Source: Eledone cirrhosa (taxonomy: Eukaryota). From it: 64,000 bases of DNA. Positions 16,121 to 29,513 of this stretch are shown in pieces; position 1 is the first letter of the stretch; the number at the start of each line of letters is the position of its first letter. The DNA is taken from the NCBI GenBank assembly GCA_964016885.1, contig OZ024750.1, positions 31,806,001 through 31,870,000 of the forward strand, in the 5' to 3' direction. Position numbers and translations under genes: made by a program. Under the pieces are notes generated by a model that had not been told where the DNA came from, made no database searches, and saw only the letters and a program-made list of their open reading frames with translations.

Positions 16121-17680
16121 CTAGCATTAAAGCCCGGCGTTGCTCAGGGTCATTAAGTTACCAAAGTTAGGTTGCAGCACTTTTTTGTCTGCCAGGCACT
16201 GGGTGAATGAATTGCAGACCTGGAAGCATGAGCTGCGCCAGCAGTGACAATTGTAGTTTCGCCTATGGATATTATCTCTGTGCAAAAAAGTGTTGAAATT
16301 TATTGTTTCACAGTACTTGCGCAACACGCGAGTAGACGATGCCAGCCGAACAACAGAGCTGCGATGGAGTTGTTCTGCATGGTTGTCTGTGTGTTTTCTA
16401 AATTTAAGACAGTAGGGAGGGTTGTGATATGAGGGAGAGTTAGCTGTTGTTTCTAGCAGGTTTAGTGACCTCATAGAGGATATGTGTTTTCTAAATTTAA
16501 GACAGTAGGGAGTGGTGTGATATGAGGGAGAGTTAGCTGCTGTTTCTAGCAGGTTCAGTGACCTCATAGAGGATATGTGTTTTCTAAATTTAAGACAGTA
16601 GGGAGTGGTGTGATATGAGGGAGAGTTAGCCGCTGTTTCTAGCAGGTTTAGTGACCTCATAGAAGATATGTTTTCTAAATTTAAGACAGTAGAGAGGGGT
16701 GTGATAAGGGGGAGAGTTAGCTGCTGTTTCTAGCAGGTTTAGTGACCTCATAGAGGATATGTTTTCTAAATTTAAGACAGTAGGGAGGGGTGTGATATGA
16801 GGGAGAGTTAGCTGCTGTTTCTAGCAGGTTTAGTGACCTCATAGAAGATATGTTTTCTAAATTTAAGACAGTAGGGAGGGGTATGATATGGGGGAGAGTT
16901 AGCTGCTGTTTCTAGCAGGTTTAGTAACCTCATAGAGGATATGTGTTTTCTAAATTTAAGACAGTAGGGAGTGGTGTGATATGAGGGAGAGTTAGCTGCT
17001 GTTTCTAGCAGGTTTAGTAACCTCATAGAGGATATGTGTTTTCTAAATTTAAGACAGTAGGGAGTGGTGTGATATGAGGGAGAGTTAGCTTCTGTTTCTA
17101 GCAGGTTTAGTAACCTCATAGAGGATATGTGTTTTCTAAATTTAAGACAGTAGGGAGTGGTGTGATATGAGGGAGAGTTAGCTTCTGTTTCTAGCAGGTT
17201 TAGTGACCTCATAGAGGATATTATTGTTTATCATCTATATATATAAAACTGACTGCACGCCTAACGAAATTTACAGATACATATATTTTAAATAAACTTA
17301 TATAATTTTTGCTTCTTTTTACGAAATATTTGCTTGTTTTACGTAGTCTTTAAATAGACTTGTTTTCAAGTAAAAATTATTGTGTTAATGTCATTTTAAA
17401 CGCTGAGAAAGCGAGCGTAATTTTTTTAATTTTTGCACGCAGACGCTCAATGTAAACAGAACAAAGGGAAATAACTGATCACTTACGCTCAAAAATCGAT
17501 ACATTATATTCGATTTCGTCAGATAGGGCGGGTCAATTTGAAATATTTTTTTCCGATGTCTTCGCTAGGGCTCAATGTACAAGTATAGCAATTTCGGTGC
17601 AATTCCGTGAGAGATTCTAAGAGGAGATGTGTGCCAAAAATCGATAGACAGACAGACAACCACAGTTTTATATATATAGA
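16121..17680 (-). mobile_element. probable non-autonomous Helitron
   Basis: Minus-strand 5' end A|TCTATATATATAAAACTG (17680); 3' GC-rich hairpin (16133-16149) followed by CTAG|T (16121). Confidence 0.55.
16388..17221. repeat. ~93-bp minisatellite, about 9 copies
   Basis: Unit GTGTTTTCTAAATTTAAGACAGTAGGGAGTGGTGTGATATGAGGGAGAGTTAGCTGCTGTTTCTAGCAGGTTTAGTGACCTCATAGAGGATAT; 31-aa periodicity in the ORF track. Confidence 0.95.
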
Positions 17681-18670
17681 TGAATCCTATGTAATTCTTG
17701 CTTTGTATGTTGACGTTAAACAAATGATTGTTTAATACATACAACAATTTGTGAAATTATAAAACCAGAAGAACATACATACACACATACATATGTATAT
17801 ACATATATATGCATACATACATATATTTATACATATATATATACATGTATGCATCCATAGAACTATTTGTTCTTGCTGGTGAGATTGAGAGACTGCAGCA
17901 ACCATAAACCAAGGAGCTATTAGTCATATCTCACGCAATTTCTTCTAGTCCCAAACACAATCCAGAAAACAAAATTTATATTCCATTAGTCCAGGTTCGT
18001 GTGCACTAGTTCTAATGATCGTAGGTTATTTTGACAATCTTAACGGCGAAATCCCATGCAATATTCCATGACTAAGAAATTGATCCCAATCTATGTCTCT
18101 TAAACCATTTTAAATATATCTTCCACAATGCAATTGATATAGCTACAAACAAACGGCCTCAAATTAATTTACTTGCCAAAAACTGTTTTTCTTGCAAGAT
18201 TTTACTCTAATAAGCTTAATCCTAATAATTTTACGTCTTTTTCCTCTTAGATTTTATCGAAATAATTTGACTCTTGTTTGAAATGTGAAATGAATATACA
18301 AATAAACACAATCGAATATATTTCCTTTTATTTACTTGTGCTATTTTTCTGTTTTCCAATATAGATGGAATGATACGGTGGATTAAATCATCCAAGACTA
18401 GAAACAAATCTGTAAATCACCAACTGCTGTTGAGTTGATAGATTTTACAAGAAGGATTTCATGGTTAGTATTGACTTTTGCTTTTCCCATCAGTGATATA
18501 GTATTGCGTCTATGACCAGGGTTAACCTCTGCCTCTACATACACCCATCCACACGCGCACACAAGCGCACAGACACACAAGCACTCACACATACACACAC
18601 ACACACACACAGACACCCCACCCGTATATATATATATATATATAAATACCATACTTATTTTTTGATACCC

Positions 18671-18721
18671 AGATTCCTGATGATTTCTAAAGAATGAAAC
18701 AGTTCTAGTCCTGTAGAATCT
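18671..18721 (+). ncRNA. type I hammerhead ribozyme in a ~160-bp TA-embedded island
   Basis: AGAUUC-CUGAUGA-U-UUC(UAAA)GAA-U-GAAA-CAG(loop)CUG-UA/GAAUCU; intact core, three helices, GUA cleavage triplet. Confidence 0.85.
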
Positions 18722-18808
18722 CATCTATATTAAAACTGTTATACTCTGCAATGTATTGAGTACCTTACTTACTGTGGTTACCTCTGATTCAACCCGGAAT
18801 AACGTATA

Positions 18809-18907
<99 letters not shown>

Positions 18908-20857
18908 CACAATGAATTTATACAGATATAATTCCATATACAAATATGTATGTATATATATATATATATTTACCATGGCGGCCTGAATACACACGTGCTT
19001 AAAAAATGTTCCCATTCATTCCTCTTTTCATTCTCTATCTGCAGTCATTACTTGCAGAAAGATAATGTTTGAAAAACCTGTATTTCGAAATATAATAAGC
19101 TTATGACACGAAAAACATCTATTAATTTCAGTATTTCGGTTCTGATTTGGGTACAGGTTAAAATCCCACTTTTCATCCTCCCTGGTCGATAAATTAAAGT
19201 CCCAGTAATCTGGTGGGGGTGATTTAATCCACTTTTCTCTACCCCAAACTTTTCGGCCTTATGACTAATTAAGAAACTATCAATTTCAGTGTTTAGGTAT
19301 TGAGTTCACAACTTGGAAAGAATATGACGTAATTATCGTATCATATAAAGACTAGCATTAGAGGTTTGCGGTTTTCTTATTTTGCGGGGTAATGCTAAAA
19401 TATAACTTTTTGGTGAATGTTTGATGTTTTAGTATATTGAAACAGCTCCCGTTAATTAAATCTTGAAAAATGTTTGTGAATGTTATAGTTCAAAATCTGG
19501 TGGTTGATTTATTTGATGACTTTGGTATGTATATCCACTGTCAGCAATTCTCAGATGAAGTAATACTACATCTCAAGAGAACTAAATGGCACCAGACATT
19601 TATTTTTAATAGTTGAATATCGCTCTAATTAATCGACGCCCGTCGGTCTTGTGACAACTACATTGTTGTGAATAATCAAAATAATTAAATTATGATATAT
19701 TTCGTATAAATTGTGCTTACATCTATGTCGGGATATTAATCTCAACACAACCAGACACACACACTGAAGTATACATCGATACAGACACATGCGCATAGAT
19801 ATAAATGTATGCTATAAGTCTTCTTCCAAAACCGCATATACAATGGAAGTGGAAAAACATTCTGGTGCCTGAAAGAAAATCTAAACCATGATATTTAGTT
19901 TCATTCTATTTACATCCATTTATATGCACACTGCCCTTTTTTGTTCTACACTCCGAATTCAGTAAAATAAGAACAAAAACATTACTTTGGTCAATATACT
20001 TAAATGCGATTGAAATGCATGCCCAAGATGGCCGTAGTACAATGACTACTTTGGTCTGATCTTTAACCATCCTCATTGTTGAGGGTCGGGTGATCAAGAG
20101 CAACTGCACCAATGCTTATCTACATGGCACTGTGTATCCATAATTCTCATCGGGTAAATGTGACCTCGGTGTGTCCAGAATACTTGTTCCACCATTATTC
20201 GGAAGTTTGCTCCCAGGACACAACTTATTCACCTTCATTGCAAAGATGAATTCGTTTGTCATATTAAAGATTGTCACTAAGGTGACTAAGGAGTCCCATT
20301 TACTCCGGTTTAGAAATTGGAATGATCCTTCTCCTAGACAGAGAGCCAACCAAGGCTAAATAGCTTAGTCTACATACTTTTTCTACACTTGACTTGCAGA
20401 TAACTCTCCTGCGGGCGTTTAACTGGTTCTGTTTTCCATTCCGCAGGGTGTCCAAAACCTCCACTCCCCGCCAACTAAGATTGGTAGGGCACTCAAGAGC
20501 ACCCTGACATTAGGAAAATGACTAAAACCAGTAAAAGAAAACACCTAGAATATATGAACACATGTAAAGGAATACATTATAAAGGGTGTGGTTAGTCATT
20601 GGATGATTTTGATGTTCTATGCGGGAGATTTCTGGAATATTGGTTCAAAACTTTCATTTTACAAATGCATCACATGTACGACTTCTTGACGTAATCAGTA
20701 ATTGGTGATACAGTGATGCTGTCATGCTGGCTCGTCTCTACAGTACTGCAATTAAAGGAAAACTTTAATTGAACTGAACGTTAAATAAATCGTTACGAAG
20801 TGATTGTTTATGTTGCTCCGTATTTCGGATTTATTAAATGTGCTTTAAAATCAAGAC

Positions 20858-20927
<70 letters not shown>

Positions 20928-20930
<3 letters not shown>

Positions 20931-21075
20931 AGTAAAAATTAGCGAGAATCGAATTTCAGCCTATGAAATAGCGAAAAAACACTTTCGAATTGTGAGGCAA
21001 GCGCTCAATAATTCAAAAGAATTAGAGCTTACAACTTACGTTAAAGGCCAAACACACTGAGATGGTTGTTAAACA
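20928..21075 (+). repeat. diverged partial copy of the 23861-25016 repeat unit, within (TA)n
   Basis: Shared TTAGCGAGAATCG...CGAATTGTG..GGCAAGCGCTCAAT...GATGGTTG. Confidence 0.75.
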
Positions 21076-21089
21076 AATATATATATATA

Positions 21090-21128
<39 letters not shown>

Positions 21129-22677
21129 TGTGTGTGTGTGGTGTATGTGGGGGGGGGGTATGTGTGTGTGTGTGAATGAATGTGTGTGGCTCACACAGGG
21201 ATTCCGTTTTGCAGAACAGAATGCACTCGTAAATTTTAGGCTATAGTGAAAGATTCACTGTGCTGCAGAATACGACTGAAAACAGGAGTTATTTGACTTT
21301 AAGTCATCTTAATGTCAAGCCGTGTCCATTTATTTATAAAAGTTAAGGATTGCAGGTTTGTTAAGAGGAGAAAACCAGCTTGTTTGATGGCGTTGTTTAT
21401 ATTGACGATCAGTAAATTAAAAACGACACAACAGCTTTAACGAAACACTACATGCTCCCAGACATACGTTAATTTGTTTAATGGTTTCTAATAAAATTCT
21501 CTATTTTATTAGGCAGAAAAACGTTATTCATTTATGTTCTACCATTAATGATATATATGCAATTCAAATTGAATAGAATATTTCTTAATAATTAGCATTT
21601 TATAACACTTCTAAATAAAAATTCATTAATTCACATTTATGTAATTATTTATAGACGATTTTAACACAGGTGTTTGATCAAATATTAATGTATTCAATGT
21701 TATTGCCATTAATGGTTTATATTATTATTTATAATTCAAACATGATCTACTTAATATGAGGCAAAGCCGAGGGAAATGATTTCTCCGTTATTGTAAACAT
21801 TTTCGTTATTTTCTTTTATCCTTTTCATCCACTTTGTCTGCAACTTCAACAACATACTATACCATTCTGCATATTCTCTGAATATAGATTTTAGTAATGA
21901 AAGAATTAAATTATTCAACAACTTAGGACTATTATAGGATTTATTCCTAGATATAACGCCAACTTATGATTTCCTCCCTCCTCACGTTTCATAAGTCGGT
22001 GACGTGCAGACGTCAACAGAACATCAACAATATATATCTCCCCAGCAATTGAGGGTCTAGGATGGGTTATGTTCATAGACAACTAAGCTATAGTGGCTAA
22101 GGTAGTCCATGAGGGATACAATAAACGTTGTGTGGATCTATATATAAATGACAAATCCCCCCGCAAAATACATTCTATTGTCCTATTACAATAAAGGATA
22201 ATTTGAATAATTAAATCCTAGAAATACATAAAAAGATATGCTCACCATGTCTGGAACTTCGTTGCTCATATTTTGGTACAGTCGGTGCTGTGATGAGGCT
22301 AAATAATAACATCTGTCAAAGTCAATGATGTAGACGTAACATCAAAAACTATTAATATTAAAAATTGTATTTGATTTCGCTAGAATTCCGTCATACATAG
22401 AGAAGAATAGAGAAAAGATATATTCTCTAGACAATGCAAATATCATTACTGACCGCTAATAGCGCTAGATTATATGTTCCATCACAATTACTTCTTTGAT
22501 ATGTGTTTCCATCTCATCTAGTGAGATATATCTTCGTATCTTACAATAGGGTGAAGCCTTCTAAAACGAATGAAAACAAAAGAACATTATATATATTTTA
22601 TCATTTTTATATTCTGAGTTGAAATCAATATATGGTCAACTTTATGAACTTCCCTACTGTACAGTAATAGTTATCGA

Positions 22678-22714
<37 letters not shown>

Positions 22715-23429
22715 ATTATCGTTTTGCATATGGTCATACCATCCTTGATAAAAGAATGATCAAATAAATGTCAGGCATAACCATCCCGCTATTGATTAAA
22801 CTATAGTGTATTTATATCAATATTCTAAAATAGTCATATTTAAGACGGTTGGATATAATCGTAAGGTAACAGTGCTGTGATTTCTAGCATATCTAGCAAT
22901 CGTATCGATGCTCCCCTTTTGTGTTACCTCTCTGAATGTGTTGCTGTTCAACTTTGCCTTTCACCCTTCCAGGGTCGATAAAATAAAGTAAGAGTCCAGT
23001 GGTAACTAGGTTTGATTTAACCGACTTTCCTTGACATAATAATTCCTGAACTTGTACCTCATTTAGAAACTAGTATTAGTGTACTAAAGCATATATACAA
23101 TGAAAGCAGAAAAAAGTGATAGCTGAAATTAATCCGAGATTCAATTAACATATGTCAAACAAAGATAGTATTTTCTTCTGAAAACTAGGTTATGCAGATG
23201 TTAGATAAAGTAAAAGACATATTTTGAAGTTATTTCCGACTAACGATTTCTCAGATCCACATACAATGCCAATTTTGAATAAGAAAGAGAAGCTATGAAA
23301 ACAAAATTTCGTTTGTCAAAACAAAGGAAAGACAATAGCAATAACTCATTTGAAATACGGTGAGAAACCCCCCCCCCCCCACACACACATACACATACAC
23401 ACACATACATACATACATACATACATACA

Positions 23430-23461
<32 letters not shown>

Positions 23462-23801
23462 AATCGGTTGTAAGGAATAACATTATAACGAATGCTTCAG
23501 TATAAGGAATTTGTTTTCAATCCCCGTTCTAATAACAAACAAACGCTCTATCTGTTTCTGTTAATCTGGTTATAAAGAATTTTTTGTTACAACGATTTTT
23601 TTAAAACTCCGTCAAAACAGCCGGAGCCCAGCCGTCGGGGTCCTGACTCTTTTCCTATATATATTACACTACATTTATTCCACACATCTCTTATTTTCAC
23701 TTTTCCTCAAAGCTACTTTTGTCAGGATGTCCTTCTCTTTACTAAGTGAAAAAGAAATCTTCAGTTGAAGCCTCAGTGAATTAAGAAATTCCCAGTTTCG
23801 C

Positions 23802-23860
<59 letters not shown>

Positions 23861-23863
<3 letters not shown>

Positions 23864-25012
23864 CAAATATAAATTTAGCGTGAATCGCATCTTGGCGAGT
23901 AGAAATTAGCGAAACGCAACTTCCGAATTGTGTTGGCAAGCGCTCAATGGATATGAATATACCAGAGTTATAAACATAAGTTAAAAAATATATACAAAAC
24001 TGAGACGATGGTTGAGAAGCCATTAACCACCTAAGCCAAAAAATAAGATATTATTGAAATATTTACCTGGACCTTCGGGAATGATGGCAAAATCCGATAT
24101 AGGGTTTCTGCGACACCTAAATCAATAATACTATCTGCTTATAAAAAATAACAAGCTTTTGTATAATGATCGAAGAAGGATATCATTTTCTCAACAGGCA
24201 TTTTGTTTTGCGTGCGCCAGGATCTCACAGTGTTCGAAAGCACATGTGAACGCGAAAGGGAGAAAACCCCTAGTTTTGGCAAAATGAATTCAGTATGTGT
24301 AGTCATTGCAAACATTTTCAAAATTAGCACAAAACTAATTAAGCTCTCTACCGAGTAGCTTTTAAAATAAACTTAAGCGATTAATCTGTCAATAGAATTA
24401 ACTAAACAAATCAGAAAAATTAACTGGTTAATTGCTAAACTTGGGAGATTAATACAAATATAAATTTAGCGAGAATCGCATCTCGGCGAGTAGAAATTAG
24501 CAAAACGCAACTTCCGAATTGTGTTGGCAAGCGCTCAATGAATATGAAGATACCAGAGCTATAAACATAAGTTAAAAAGGCCATACAAAACTTAGACGAT
24601 GGTTAAGAAGCCATTAGCCACCTAAGACAAAAAATGCGAGCTAGCTAAGTGGGTCATAAAAATGAGATATGATTGAAATATTAACCCGGCCCTCCGGAAT
24701 GATGGTAAAATCCGATATAGGGTTTCTGGGACACCTAAATCAATAATACTGTCTGCTTATAAAAAATAATAAGCTTTTGGTATAATGATCGAAGAAGGAT
24801 ATCACTTTCTCAACAGGTATTTTGTTTTGCATGCGCCAGGATCTCACAGTGTTCAAAATCACATGTGAACTCGAAAGGGGAGAAAACCTCTAGTTTTGGC
24901 AAATGAAGTGAAGTGATTAATCAGTCAATAGAATTAGCTAAAAAAATCAGAAAAATTAACTGGCTAATTGCTAGACTTGGGAGATTAATACAAATATAAA
25001 TTCACCGAGATT

Positions 25013-25016
<4 letters not shown>
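23861..25016. repeat. non-coding tandem repeat (periods 591 and 536 bp plus a 29-bp third start) flanked by (TA)n
   Basis: ATACAAATATAAATT recurs at 23861, 24452 and 24988 with collinear sequence between. Confidence 0.9.
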
Positions 25017-25057
<41 letters not shown>

Positions 25058-25087
25058 TATCTATAAATTATATATATATATATATTA

Positions 25088-25178
<91 letters not shown>

Positions 25179-25565
25179 TATATATATATTATATATATAT
25201 ATTATATTTATATATACATATATATATCATATGTATATATTATATATATAATATCATATCTATATATTATATATATAATATCATATCTATATATTATATA
25301 TATAATATCATATCTATATATTATATATATATATCATATCTATATATTATATATATATATATATATTCATATATATCATATATATATATTCATATATATC
25401 ATATATATATATATATATATATTCATATATCATATATATATTCATATATATCATATATATATATTCATATATATCATATATATATATATGTGTCATATAT
25501 ACATATACATATTATATATATATTATATATATATATCATATCTATATATTATATATATATATATC

Positions 25566-28392
25566 ATATCTATCTATCTATCTAAGGCGGGTAAAATTCC
25601 CGAGATCCATGGACGAGTTCTCTCCAGCGGTCTCTGTCCCTCATTATCGCTGCCATGTCCTGCGTCTCCAACAGACCAGTGTCTGTCCTTAGGGCATCAA
25701 CATATGTTAACCTTGGTCTTCCTCTTCCAGTGTGTCCATGTAGGGGCTCCCAAAGGAGCACGGAGTGCAATGTCAACTCTGGATGTCGGTGAGCATGTCC
25801 AGCCAACCTCAGTCTCCTCTGTGTCACTTTTGAGCTGACTTTTGGAGGCTCCCATACAGCTCTAGTTTTTCATCCTCAGTGTATACTGATTAATGTTCAG
25901 AGCCATCCTCAGCATTCTCGTGTAGCACCCATCCACCATCTGAGTGAGTCTCTTGGTCAGTGTCCAAGTCTCAGACCCATACAGCAGCACAGACTCCACT
26001 ACAGCAATGAAGAGGCGGATTTTCAGGTCTCTACGAAGGTCCGACTTCCACACCGATCTCAAGCTGTGGCACGCCGCCCAGGCCTTGCTCTTCCTCTCAA
26101 CCACATCATCTTCCGTATTCCCAATCTTTGCTCCCAAATACAGGAAGTCCTCAACCAATTCCAGCGGCTTCCCGCCTACATTAGTGATCCCCTCTGGCTT
26201 CTCAACATTCTCTACCAGATATTTTGTTTTAGTCTCATTCATTCTCAGCCCCACACTCATCGACACAGTCTCAACCTCCCGCATCAAATCCTCTGCCTCC
26301 TTCACTGTATTTGTCACCAAAACTATGTCGTCGGCAAATTCAGCATCCGATACCTTTTTCGCCCCAACTATCCTGCTCTGAGCCGGTGCTACAGTAAAGC
26401 CAGAGTCCTGGTGTTTCTCCAGTGCAAGGCGCATACAATAGTCCACTACGATGATAAAAAGGTAGGGAGCCAATGTATCTCCCTGGAGCACTCCAGCCAG
26501 TATCTCAAAGAACTCTGTCATCCCATCAGGTGTAATGACTTGGGCTTTGGTGTTGGTGTAGAGCAGTGATATCAGGTCCACTATCCTCTTGGGGATTCCA
26601 TAAGCCTGTAAGATCTTCATCAGGCAGTAACGGTCCACAGAATCAAAGGCCTTCCTAAAGTCAATGAAAACCATGACAGCAGGAAGGCACTTTGCTCTAG
26701 CTCCCTCTAATATCCTCCTCAGCATCAGGATGTGACTGGTGGTTGATCTACCCTCTCTGAAGCCGTTCTGGTTGTCCCTGAGCTTCTTCTCCATCTCAGG
26801 CTGGATCCTGTTAAGAATCATCCTGTTGAGGGTCTTTGCCACAAGTGACGTCAGTGAGATCCCCCGGTAGTTGTTGGTGTTAGAGAGATCTCCCTTCTTT
26901 GGCACTGGGACGATGTTACTGATCCTCCACTGATTCGGGGCAACTCCTTTCTCCAGTGCCCCGTTACAGAACCCCAGGATGATATCATCAAAATCACACC
27001 ACTTCATCACCTCTGATGCTACTCCATCTTCTCCATGAGCCTTGCCCTCCTTGATCTTCTTCTTGGCTCTCTGAAGCTCCTCTCTGGTGAAGGGCTCTGT
27101 CTCAACATCCAGTTCCTCAAACAGCCGCCTGATCTCCCCAGTGCTCTGGGCTGTGGAGGGTGGCTCTCCTAGTAGGGTCCTAAAATGGTCTAGCCATTTC
27201 CTCTTCCTATCCTCGGGCCCCGTTCCCTGGATCTGACTCGAACACCTTTTCTTCCTCCCTGTGATCTCGTTGATGATCATCCAGCTCTCCTTACATCCAG
27301 ATCTGTCAACCGCTCTCTCCACACTTCTGATCTTCTCTATCAGTGCCTCCTCTCTGACCTCAGTGTAAGCGGTACAGAGCTCTTCCCTCATCACCTCCAC
27401 AGTCTCCATCCTCTCCTCCGTAGGATCAGCATAGAATTGGTCCCTGGCAGCTTTCAGGTGTTCTCTGGCTGCACACACTGTTGGGTCTGCAGAGCTGACG
27501 TGCTTCCCTTTGTTCTTTTTCCTCGGCACCAGGGTTTCACTTGCTTTCGCCACTGCATTGGTGAAGTGCCCGTACCTCCTCGTCACACTCTCCTCAGTCC
27601 ATCCAATCTCTCTCTCCTCTGACTCTCCACACAGAGCACTAAACCTGTTTCTCACTTCCACTGTGAACCTCTCCTGTAGCTTATCATCTTCCTTGAAAGC
27701 TCCCCAGTCATAGATTGTTCTCCGGGGCTGAGCCTTGCTCTTTCTTAAGCTCACGCGGACCTCACTCATAACAAGCCGGTGGTCACTACCCAGTGTACTG
27801 AAATAGCTGTATGGTTCCGTGTTCAGAACACTATTTCGCCACTTTTTCCTCACCAGAATGAAATCAATCTGGGACTTGGACAGGTGCATATCTGAGATGT
27901 AGGTCCACATCTTCCCCAGATTCTTCCTAAACCTTAGGTTGGTCGCCATCAAGTTCGCCTCCAGCAGGGTGTCTCTCAGTAGTCTTCCATTTCGGTTGGT
28001 GTTGTTATGGAAGTACCAGCAAGGATCTTCACTGCCCTCCTTACTCAGATGTGCATTGAAGTCCCCCAAAACAAGCAGGATATTGTGTGCCTGAGTGGTG
28101 TTGACAGCTCTACACACTTCCTCATGGAACTCCTCGGCATTCACATCACTGTCCCCCTCGGTTGGACTATAGGCTGAGATGACTGTCAGTCTTGGGTTTC
28201 CATTGAAGGTCACCCTCAACACTCGCGGGGAGATAGGCATTATTTCCCTCACCAACAGATTGGTTTTTGCACTGAACACAAAACCCACTCCTCCTACTGC
28301 AGCATTTGTTGTGTTCTTCACTGCCGATGAAGTGATGAGCTGGCTCTTCCTCCCGATCATCACACTCCTCACGGGCTCATCGTGTAGAATCC
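25566..28392 (-). mobile_element. RTE-clade LINE, slightly 5'-truncated, APE endonuclease + reverse transcriptase, frameshifted near the 3' end
   Basis: APE motifs LGDFNAH, SQIDFIL, SDHRLV; RT motifs NYRGISL, FIDFRKAFDSV, GVLQGDTLAP, FADD; RTE-like C-terminus GRGRPRLTYVD..DRDRWR; (TAGA)n tail directly after the stop codon. Confidence 0.95.
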
Positions 28393-28705
28393 TATCTATA
28401 TATTATATATATATCATATCTATATATTATATATATATATCATATCTATATATATATCATATCTATATATTATATATATCATATCTATATATTATATATA
28501 TATCATATCTATATATTATATATATATATCATATCTACATATTATATATATATTCATATGTATCATATATACATATACATATTATATATATATATACATA
28601 TACAAATATGTATACAAATATATATTATATATATATGCATATATATTATATATACATATATTATATGCGTTATGGTCCACCTGGTTCCTTACCACATTTC
28701 CTTCG

Positions 28706-28752
<47 letters not shown>

Positions 28753-28775
28753 TATATATTATATATATATATATT

Positions 28776-29458
28776 TATAAAGAATTAGTATATCTACCAA
28801 CGTATATATACAGATGTATACCTATGCAAGCAAATATATAGGTGTTGTCTTAGTAACGTTGTGGTTCAACGCAAGGGAATGCAGAATGAAAAACGTAAAA
28901 TAAGAAAACTATAGTTATTAGCTTACTTACTTAAATTTAACTCCAACTAATTAGTTTCCCTAAAGGGAATATACATAGTCTCCAAATGTAGACTATGCAG
29001 AAACCTTTTCTTCACCAGGGAGTCATTCTCAGCTAGGATACCTGGCGATACGCGGACACAGGGAACTTATATAAAAATAATAATTCAGTGGAGGGAAAAG
29101 AGCAAGCGTGGACTAAATTCCAAGACACTGAAAAAATCACTGCCTTCTTGCTCGGTGGCAAATTCAAAAGAATCAATCACGTGACATCGTAGCTGAACCA
29201 GTTAATCAGTATGGAGTGGGGTGTTAAAAAGACAGTAGCCAAGTTCATACCATGTCCCATAGTTGTAATTTTGGCAACATTTTTGCTCAACAAAATAATT
29301 TGGAGATAATTATAAAGAATTAGTATATCTACCAACATATATATACAGATGTATACCTATGCAAGCAAATATATACGTTTATTCCCTTTCAGAAACTAAT
29401 TAGTTGGACTGAAATTTAAGTAAGTAAGCTAATTACTATAATTTTCTTATTTTACGTT

Positions 29459-29464
<6 letters not shown>
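28776..29464. repeat. TA-embedded element with a 65-bp direct repeat (28776-28840 / 29310-29374) and an ~85-bp inverted repeat (28886-28970 / 29380-29464)
   Basis: Direct sequence comparison. Confidence 0.8.

Positions 29465-29513
<49 letters not shown>

Noticed and set aside
16127-17212. 31-aa repeat ORFs, or a CRISPR-like array
   Set aside because: 93-bp tandem units without unique spacers; frames break at 91-bp units; eukaryotic context with no cas genes.
19906-20500. Short minus-strand ORFs
   Set aside because: No recognisable domain; part looks like a decayed LINE 5' region, but this could not be established.
21728-22310. Possible minus-strand exons (..EYAEWYSMLLKLQTKW.. and a GTGAG donor near 22245)
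   Set aside because: Phases do not join and no domain is recognisable; RNA-seq would be needed.
25944-27713. Plus-strand ORFs overlapping the RTE element
   Set aside because: Antisense shadows of the RTE coding sequence.
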